Below, in pieces: positions 25,179-31,584 of a DNA stretch of 31,584 bases (position 1 is the first letter of the stretch; each line of letters begins with the position of its first letter). Location: the IMG/VR virus record IMGVR_UViG_3300025392_000140, positions 1 through 31,584 of that record; one strand, 5' to 3'. The position numbers and the translations under genes are program-made. The notes beneath the pieces are model-generated. The model had not been told where the DNA came from. It searched no databases and saw only the letters and a list, made by a program, of their open reading frames with translations. This DNA is from a virus. Taxonomy: Duplodnaviria > Caudoviricetes.

Positions 25179-26827
25179 CAAGCTGAAGCAAGAAGTTTTT
25201 TCTTGGCTTTTTCTGATCCGGCCTTTTTAGCAAAATCTTTTTCAGCACTTGCTTTGGGATTTTTATCTTTTTTGGCTTCAGGCAATTCTTGGTTTACGAT
25301 TGGATCGACATCTCTTTCACCACGTAAAACTTCGGTGTCAACAGTAAGTAAACCTTCCTTTTTAAGCTCCACACTAGCTTCTTGTGCAGTCTCAAGACCA
25401 TTTTGGAAGCGTTCCATAATGCGTTGCTGTTTTTTAACTTTTACATCTTCAGCTTCGTTACCAGTTAGTACACGTAGTGGTTGCCATTCAATGTCTACAT
25501 CTTCTGGCATAAAACCAAATAACTGCTGACAACGTAATTCTACTACATCCAATATAGCAGGCTCTAATTCTTCACGTAATGCTTCTACTGTAGAATTGTA
25601 GTTTTCTAAAGCGTCTTCGCCTGAACTGAAACCACCAGCCGATTCGCCAAATAATTTGTTCTTAGGTATTTTGAGTGCTGCGCACAGATTCAAGCGAAGT
25701 TGTTCCCAGACACTTGCGAGTCCAGTAAATATAGCACCAAGGTTCTTTTGATCGTAATCATCTTCACGATCCATAACAATGGCGTTTTGGAAATTCTTCA
25801 TCTGATTGGACAGAGTGATAGCTTGCTGAACACGAGCGGTAGTATTGCTACTAGCCAATGCGGTGTTAAACCCTTTCATCTTCCAAACATCGATTTTAGC
25901 TTCATCGAGTAATTCAAATATAAGATTCTCAAACTTTAAAAATGAATTGATAGAACGAATACATTGTTCAATTTCACTCATACCCCAACCTTGTAAACGT
26001 AAACGTATATAAGATGGAGCTTCAGCCCACAAGAACTTAACTACACGAGAAGCATGAAGTGGATAACCATAGTAATTGTATGGTACACCATTCTTGTAAT
26101 CAAAAATGTTTAAATTAGATAATACTAGCTCCCAACGATCTGCTGGAATAAATACTAGCGGTGAATCTTCCTTAATAGCTTCTATATCTAATTCTTTTTG
26201 AAAGTCTTGATCTGTATTAATAACAAGGCCAGATCCACCATACAATCTACCCCAGTAAGCAAGATGCTTAAGTGCAGACATATCAGAACGAGCGAGATTA
26301 GCACACGCATTATAATTTACCCATCCACCAATCGTCTTAGCGATTTTCCGCATATCATTCTGACTGCGGTTGCGACTCATAACACGATTAAGCTTTAATA
26401 CTTCATCTTCGCTTAATTCTGGAGTTTTAATTGTAAATCCACCTCTAAATGCATCATCTACTGGTTGGCAAGTAACTGTACGAAACAGTCCCTGCGTCAT
26501 ATAAGAATATGATAAGAGAATACGATTTAGAGAAAGTGGTACGTAGGCATTAGCATTAGCTAATGTAGCTACTTGAGATAATTGATTGGTTCCATATGGA
26601 TAACCTGCAAACTCACCTTGAAATGTTAATCCATTGATTAACGAACTCATTCCCTGCCCACCAGCATTGTTTATACGCTCAATATTATCTTGTTCTTTTT
26701 TGATGGAATTGAGTTCATCTGTAAATTGCCTAACGATGTCTTGACCAATATCTGGTAAAGAATTGATACGGGATTCAGCAGTAGGATTACCAGAAGAATC
26801 TAAAACAGAAGTTAGGCGTTCGCGCAT
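25178..26827 (-). CDS. Portal protein (DUF1073-like)
   Basis: 549 aa. WGRLYGGSGLV, LHASRV, GWGMSE, AALKIPKNKLFGESAGGFSSGEDALENY, WQPL. Lies upstream of the gpF gene. Confidence 0.9.
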   Translation of the reverse strand: MRERLTSVLDSSGNPTAESRINSLPDIGQDIVRQFTDELNSIKKEQDNIERINNAGGQGMSSLINGLTFQGEFAGYPYGTNQLSQVATLANANAYVPLSLNRILLSYSYMTQGLFRTVTCQPVDDAFRGGFTIKTPELSEDEVLKLNRVMSRNRSQNDMRKIAKTIGGWVNYNACANLARSDMSALKHLAYWGRLYGGSGLVINTDQDFQKELDIEAIKEDSPLVFIPADRWELVLSNLNIFDYKNGVPYNYYGYPLHASRVVKFLWAEAPSYIRLRLQGWGMSEIEQCIRSINSFLKFENLIFELLDEAKIDVWKMKGFNTALASSNTTARVQQAITLSNQMKNFQNAIVMDREDDYDQKNLGAIFTGLASVWEQLRLNLCAALKIPKNKLFGESAGGFSSGEDALENYNSTVEALREELEPAILDVVELRCQQLFGFMPEDVDIEWQPLRVLTGNEAEDVKVKKQQRIMERFQNGLETAQEASVELKKEGLLTVDTEVLRGERDVDPIVNQELPEAKKDKNPKASAEKDFAKKAGSEKAKKKLLASA

Positions 26828-26884
26828 AAAGAGATCACGTTAATCTGTGATTGACCTTTGGTTAATTTGAAGCAAGAAAAAGAT

Positions 26885-27670
26885 ATGACTATCCCACATG
26901 ATAAAATACTAGGTAAACATACACCAGAAGCTGAAAGAGACCCAAAACTCGTATTTATAGGGGTTCCTATGAGTGGAGAATTAAGATGGGAAACTGCCCA
27001 GATTCTTTCATATCTCAGTCAAAATGAGGTAGCTGGATACAAGTTTGTGGTACGTAAATTAGGCGGTTTTGGCGTGGCTAAAGCTAGAAATGTACTCCTA
27101 TGGTTAGCTAGACAGACTAAGGCTAGTAAAGTTCTATGGATTGACTCCGATATTAACTGTGGACCAGCCCAAATTGAACGTATTTTATCACATGACGTAG
27201 ATTTAGTAGGCGGTGCATATCCTAAAAAACAAATACCACTAACTTGGGTGGGAGAGCAAATACCTGGTGATTATATGGGCGATTTAGCCCCTATGTTGCA
27301 TTTAGGTACTGGATTCTTGCTACATACTATGAAAATGATTGATGAAATCATTATCAACAATCCATCCATTTCCTACCATTCAGACGAAGATTATGGAGAC
27401 TTTGTCAAAAACGATATATTCCATGATGTATTCTCAATGGGTGTTGTAGATGACAAATGGTGGAATACGACCTACCCACGTTATATCACTGAAGACTATT
27501 ACTTGTCCTATCGCTGGAGAAAACTAGGTGGACAAGCATGGTTAGACACAAAGTGCCAATGCGGTCATATTGGATATGCCGATTACTTAAAGCTTAATGG
27601 TCAGTTAATGGATTTAACTGAACGATTAAACGATGCCAATTTAAAGCTCCAAATGGCCCTCCATAAGTAG
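26885..27670 (+). CDS. GT-A fold (GT2-like) glycosyltransferase
   Basis: VFIGVP, VAKARN, LWIDSDI (DxD), LVGGAYPKK, GTGFLL, TEDYY, GHIG. Likely start ATG 26885. Confidence 0.85.
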   Translation: MTIPHDKILGKHTPEAERDPKLVFIGVPMSGELRWETAQILSYLSQNEVAGYKFVVRKLGGFGVAKARNVLLWLARQTKASKVLWIDSDINCGPAQIERILSHDVDLVGGAYPKKQIPLTWVGEQIPGDYMGDLAPMLHLGTGFLLHTMKMIDEIIINNPSISYHSDEDYGDFVKNDIFHDVFSMGVVDDKWWNTTYPRYITEDYYLSYRWRKLGGQAWLDTKCQCGHIGYADYLKLNGQLMDLTERLNDANLKLQMALHK

Positions 27671-27684
27671 CGTATTGGCGATAA

Positions 27685-28464
27685 TTAAGCCTGTGCAGTT
27701 ACTGATATGTGACTTGCAGGTGGTGTAACCTGTGTCGCATACGGATTAGTTACTGTGGAATATTCAACTGGTGTAATTACAAACTCACCAGGTATATTTT
27801 TACGATTATCTCCAAAATGAATATTATATTGGAAATAAGCATAGGTAGCTGCTTCTGGGTGTATATTTGTACTTAAGCTTGTATTCTTAGACCAAATCGT
27901 GGTTGCGTCTGCATACCATCCACGAACGAAGATAGGCCCTCCATTAGGATTGGTGCAGTTATTAAAACTAATACCACGAGTCTTAGGACGTACAATTTGA
28001 TCGTAGATTGTATAGTCACCTAACAATACATCGTTAATCTGGCAGTAGTTAAACTCTACATTCCAAACACCAGCTTTAAAACCAGCATCGCACATCTGAC
28101 TTAAATCTGTAAAAGCATTGGTAACACGTTTACGAGCAACGCCAGTGTTAACCCACTTACAGTTGTTAAAGATTACATTACCACCTCTAACTTGGTCATA
28201 CGCTCGCTCAATACCGTCTTTAAAAGTGCAGTTATTGAATACTACGGTGTTGACCACAATGGGAGTACAGCCATCCGTTGCGAGACTGGCGGTTGCTTTA
28301 AATCCCCAATGTACTGTGCCACCATCAAACGTACAATTATCAAACTCAGCAGGACAATTATCGCCATTAAGTGTGAATACTGACTGACCATCTGTTTTAT
28401 GCGTTGATGAATCTGGATCATAGCTATGATTAACGTCGTATGTTTGATTTGAGTATGTGTTCAT
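27685..28464 (-). CDS. Right-handed parallel beta-helix (pectate-lyase-like fold) protein
   Basis: Repeated FDNCTF, FNNCTF, FNNCKW, FNYCQI and FNNCT Asn/Cys-ladder rungs. Confidence 0.6.
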   Translation of the reverse strand: MNTYSNQTYDVNHSYDPDSSTHKTDGQSVFTLNGDNCPAEFDNCTFDGGTVHWGFKATASLATDGCTPIVVNTVVFNNCTFKDGIERAYDQVRGGNVIFNNCKWVNTGVARKRVTNAFTDLSQMCDAGFKAGVWNVEFNYCQINDVLLGDYTIYDQIVRPKTRGISFNNCTNPNGGPIFVRGWYADATTIWSKNTSLSTNIHPEAATYAYFQYNIHFGDNRKNIPGEFVITPVEYSTVTNPYATQVTPPASHISVTAQA

Positions 28465-28475
28465 AATTTATTAAT

Positions 28476-28582
28476 TTAGCCATGAGAGGCTCGAACTCTC
28501 ATCTTCAGACATTGTGTAGAGCGACTACGCCAATGCAGTATTATTCATACTCCTGAGATACTATCCTTTGTACGAATGACTA
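28476..28582 (-). ncRNA. tRNA-like RNA with a 42-nt structured insertion in place of the anticodon loop
   Basis: TAGTCAT TC GTAC AAAGGATA GTAT C TCAGG [42 nt] TCTGA AGAT GAGAG TTCGAGC CTCTC ATGGCTA A. All four tRNA stems pair, with U8, A14, GG in the D-loop and TTCGA in the T-loop. No CCA is encoded. Confidence 0.8.
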
Positions 28583-28756
28583 GATCAAACCAACACTTTC
28601 TTTGCTACGTTTGTCTTGCAACACATAAGCAGAGAAAGACCTAATCCTAAAAGGATCGAATTTAGCCTTTTTAATATCTCTATACACCTTATTTCGAGTT
28701 ATGCCTTTGGCCTTAGCTATATCTAAAACCGTAAAAGATATATGTTTTGATCTCAT
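28580..28756 (-). CDS. Small helix-turn-helix DNA-binding protein (58 aa; not in ORF track)
   Basis: Manual translation MRSKHISFTVLDIAKAKGITRNKVYRDIKKAKFDPFRIRSFSAYVLQDKRSKESVGLI*. ATGA overlap with the terL stop. FTVLDIAKAKGITRNKVYRDIK fits an HTH. Confidence 0.7.
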   Translation of the reverse strand: MRSKHISFTVLDIAKAKGITRNKVYRDIKKAKFDPFRIRSFSAYVLQDKRSKESVGLI

Positions 28757-30180
28757 AAAACATCAAGAATTGATAATCCACTTCCTAGTAATTGACTAAT
28801 ACCATCACTAAATGCGTCTACTTGGTCGTCATGCTCATGGGTGTCATCCTGCGTAAATGCCGACAACTCCATAAGAAACTCTGGTATCCAAGGTGCGTCT
28901 TCTTCTTTTGGTATAAACACCATGCCAGAGTCTACAAATGGTAAAACATCGTTAATACGGCTACCTTTATCCTTAACACGAGTAATACCTTCAGTTGGTA
29001 TACCAAGTTCACCTAAAGCCTGCATAATACCTGGACCAGAGCCTGCCTCTTCTATGATAAATCGACTAACTGGAAACTCAGCCTGTTCTTGGCAATGTTT
29101 CTTATAGAATACAGCAGCAACACGTACAAACTCTGGAAGTGTCCATTTTCCCCTTACTTGGTCGAGCAAATAGGCTTTTTGGTTAAACTTAGCCCAGCAT
29201 TGTATCACATAGTAGTCATTGCCCTGACCTTTCTTAATAGCCGTATCGCACGTTAGTATTTTATCTTCCCAGTTATATAGCTTACCATCATGCTTACGAA
29301 GTGACTCAATTTGAATAAGGTTACCGCCAAGAGCTATAGGCTCCTGTTGGTACTGCGAAGCGAGTACATACCTACCTATACGTGTCTTTTTTAGCCCAAG
29401 TAGGGTTTCAGTAGATATGGTTTCTGGTATGATGGATTCATCATTGACCAAAGCAGGAAATTTTAACAAAAGACACTGGTCTGGGTAGTTCTTTAACAAA
29501 TAGCCACAAAGGTCATCTGGACTTAGCCTTTGAGCGTTTAAAATTATAGGACAATACTCGTCAGAATTGCGACGTGACTTAAGGGTGGTTTCTACCCATT
29601 GGCGTACCTTACCTGATTCTACTTTACTCAAAGCCTCATCTGGCTTCGCAGGATCATCTATACCTATAACACCCCCAGCAACTCGTTTTAAACCAGCCCC
29701 CTTACCCGTAAGAGAGCCACTAGCACCTTCAGCAAAGGCCATACCGTTAAATCTAGTAATAAGCCTATCTGCCCTTTGCCCATCCAACAAATCCCCGTAT
29801 AACGAACGAAACCATGGTTCCCGTAGGGTTCTAGCAACATATGCAAGCGACTGTTCAGCCAAATCTCCAGAATAACTTGTATGAATCATCATAGAGTCTG
29901 GAAAATACGCCAACCCCCAACAATAGAGAGCTTCAAGGATCTTAGTCTTACCAGTACGAGGTGGCATATTAACTACCACATACTGTATCCCTTTTGGTAA
30001 CTGCCCTAAATATGCCTGTTCCAATGTATCACATATCGTCCTATGGAACCCCTTAAGTGGTAACTCTATCCTATTCTCTGGTATAAACAACTCGCTGAAA
30101 AACTCATAAAAGCTTATACATTCGTTACTTGGGATATAAATCTCCTCACTTGTTTCTGTTATATCTGTATAGGTGGTCAT
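28753..30180 (-). CDS. terL: Terminase large subunit
   Basis: Walker A NMPPRTGKT, Walker B IGIDDP, QRL..DDL.G coupling motif, nuclease motifs CDTA..K..NDY and HDDQVDA. Confidence 0.96.
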   Translation of the reverse strand: MTTYTDITETSEEIYIPSNECISFYEFFSELFIPENRIELPLKGFHRTICDTLEQAYLGQLPKGIQYVVVNMPPRTGKTKILEALYCWGLAYFPDSMMIHTSYSGDLAEQSLAYVARTLREPWFRSLYGDLLDGQRADRLITRFNGMAFAEGASGSLTGKGAGLKRVAGGVIGIDDPAKPDEALSKVESGKVRQWVETTLKSRRNSDEYCPIILNAQRLSPDDLCGYLLKNYPDQCLLLKFPALVNDESIIPETISTETLLGLKKTRIGRYVLASQYQQEPIALGGNLIQIESLRKHDGKLYNWEDKILTCDTAIKKGQGNDYYVIQCWAKFNQKAYLLDQVRGKWTLPEFVRVAAVFYKKHCQEQAEFPVSRFIIEEAGSGPGIMQALGELGIPTEGITRVKDKGSRINDVLPFVDSGMVFIPKEEDAPWIPEFLMELSAFTQDDTHEHDDQVDAFSDGISQLLGSGLSILDVL

Positions 30181-30182
30181 TG

Positions 30183-30221
30183 TATGGTACCTTAATTTAT
30201 GGTACCTAAGTTTATGGTACC
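30183..30221. repeat. Three TATGGTACC direct repeats with 15-bp period
   Basis: Copies start at 30183, 30198 and 30213. Each contains the GGTACC palindrome. Confidence 0.9.
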
Positions 30222-30329
30222 AAAAAACTTATATTATAGTATCTTGAAGAAAAGGGGACCCAAATCTAGGACGCAGCAGAGACTTGATTGATTTCTGGGT
30301 AAGCTTGGACCCCCCTACAAACATGGTTT

Positions 30330-30391
30330 TAATAGGTGAGCGTGTTGATTAGTGCCAGGCCAGCTAATAGGTGAGCGTGTTTACCTATTAG
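30330..30391. repeat. 17-bp direct repeat plus hairpin
   Basis: TAATAGGTGAGCGTGTT at 30330-30346 and 30365-30381. CTAATAGGTGA-GCGTGT-TTACCTATTAG inverted repeat at 30364-30391. Confidence 0.9.
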
Positions 30392-30423
30392 GACCAGATT
30401 GCACAAGACATGGCGTGTCTTGG

Positions 30424-30609
30424 TTATTTGTTTATGTAAGTTAAAGCTATTTTTGCTTTGGAGTGGATTGATGGAGTGACTAGCCTAGCTATTCTTGATT
30501 CAGCTAGTGATTGTACTATGCTTCTTAAATAATCCCTCTCTTGAGCTAAGGCTAGGTGCATTAGTCGTAACTCATCTAATGCTTTGTTGCGTTTATTTTT
30601 GGTTGTCAT
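30424..30609 (-). CDS. Small hypothetical protein
   Basis: Likely start ATG 30609 (MTTKNKRNKALDEL...), overlapping the end of terS. 61 aa, helical. Confidence 0.45.
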   Translation of the reverse strand: MTTKNKRNKALDELRLMHLALAQERDYLRSIVQSLAESRIARLVTPSIHSKAKIALTYINK

Positions 30610-31258
30610 TGGTTTGCGTTGTTTTTTCATTGTCATAAACAAAAGCTTCTATTTCAATCAATGGTAACGATTCGTTCTTTCCTTCCCCCTTAAAGGTAGA
30701 GACGAGAGAGGCTTGTTCACTCCCTTTTGAGATAGTTTCAGCTTTTGGGGGTCTAACGTCTTCTACAGTTTCATTAGCTTTTCTTAACTCTCTTGCTTGT
30801 CTAAGAGCATTTATCTTATCTTTGATGCTCATCTTAGGGTTAGCTGAGAAAGTGGCATTTACTTCTATTTTTTGGTTATTTGTACCATCCATTTTATTGT
30901 AAACGTCAATGCATCTTATTCTAGTATCTGGCGAATTATTCTCGTCTGTAGCTATGTTTGCGAGGATTTGGAATCTTTCAGCTAGGGATAATCCAGCTTT
31001 CTTTTCGGCTTTTTTTGTTTGAGTTCTAAGGTAGCTCTGAATTTGGGGTGAGTTGAAGATTTTTTGTCCAGCACTTCGAGCTAGTACTATCTTGTAATCA
31101 CTAGGTTTCTTGTACGCTAATATATAGGCATTAGCTTGTGTTTTACCTTCTAAGATATGATTAGCAAAAGCTAACTGTTTAGGTGATAATCCTTTATCTT
31201 TAGGTGAAGGTTGTAAAGTTTCCATTGGTGTGGTGAAGACAAGCGACGTCTTAATCAT
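30593..31258 (-). CDS. terS: Terminase small subunit
   Basis: LSPKQLAFANHILEGKTQANAYILAY HTH, PQIQSYL, and LANIA...RIRCIDVYNKMDG oligomerisation region. Upstream of terL. Confidence 0.85.
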   Translation of the reverse strand: MIKTSLVFTTPMETLQPSPKDKGLSPKQLAFANHILEGKTQANAYILAYKKPSDYKIVLARSAGQKIFNSPQIQSYLRTQTKKAEKKAGLSLAERFQILANIATDENNSPDTRIRCIDVYNKMDGTNNQKIEVNATFSANPKMSIKDKINALRQARELRKANETVEDVRPPKAETISKGSEQASLVSTFKGEGKNESLPLIEIEAFVYDNEKTTQTNDNQK

Positions 31259-31399
31259 AACATTAACTTGGTTGCAAGGTTATAATATAAAATAATTATA
31301 TAATAAATGTACAATATACTTGTAATTTAATTATAGGTTAATAAATTTAGTACTATGAAACGCAAAACTAACAAAACAAAACTTATTAATATTAACAGT
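31259..31399. promoter_or_regulatory. Very AT-rich divergent promoter region
   Basis: Separates leftward terS from rightward small ORFs. Contains several TATAAT-like and TTG-initial hexamers. The exact promoter elements cannot be assigned. Confidence 0.45.
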
Positions 31400-31486
31400 A
31401 TGAACTTTGATTTAGAACTAGCATTAATGAAGGCTAATCTAGAATACACCAAGAAAGTTTTAAATTATTTTAAAAGTAAAAACTAA
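31400..31486 (+). CDS. Possible 28-aa peptide
   Basis: MNFDLELALMKANLEYTKKVLNYFKSKN*, followed 4 nt later by the next ATG. Confidence 0.3.
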   Translation: MNFDLELALMKANLEYTKKVLNYFKSKN

Positions 31487-31490
31487 TAAC

Positions 31491-31584
31491 ATGAATAAGA
31501 AAAACAAAACCAAGGTTTCAGACATTCTCTTAGGTATCGTGATGTATACGATTATCTTTGCTTTTGCTTACTACTTTTTTGATC
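31491..31584 (+). CDS. Partial small membrane protein (runs off right edge)
   Basis: MNKKNKTKVSDILLGIVMYTIIFAFAYYFFD...: basic N-terminus followed by a hydrophobic helix. Confidence 0.5.
   Translation, partial: MNKKNKTKVSDILLGIVMYTIIFAFAYYFFD

Noticed and set aside
28510-28551. Group I/II or archaeal-type intron in a normal tRNA
   Set aside because: It is too short for a self-splicing intron, has no clear bulge-helix-bulge, and I found no excision that restores a canonical anticodon loop. Kept as a tRNA-like RNA instead.
30183-30391. Mini CRISPR array
   Set aside because: The repeats are 9 and 17 bp with 6- and 18-bp spacers, only 2-3 copies, and there are no cas genes.

Overview
A contiguous late-gene (virion morphogenesis) region of an AT-rich tailed phage with a contractile tail, read almost entirely on the minus strand from right to left. 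The order is terS, terL, portal, gpF-like head protein, protease/scaffold, decoration protein, major capsid protein, neck proteins, sheath, tube, frameshifted tail chaperone, short tape measure, baseplate and several tail-fibre-type proteins. Between terL and the portal lies an accessory island: an unannotated small HTH gene, a 107-nt tRNA-like RNA whose anticodon loop is replaced by two hairpins, a beta-helix protein and an inverted GT-A glycosyltransferase. The most unusual observations are: (1) three tail-fibre-type proteins with apparent Sec signal peptides; (2) the anticodon-less tRNA-like element, whose first three bases are the stop codon of the upstream gene; (3) one ~80-aa module inserted into three different core virion proteins; (4) a recurring R-x-N motif that may be the prohead-protease site; (5) an ATT start for baseplate J. 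All family calls come from motif recognition and gene order, with no database searches run.
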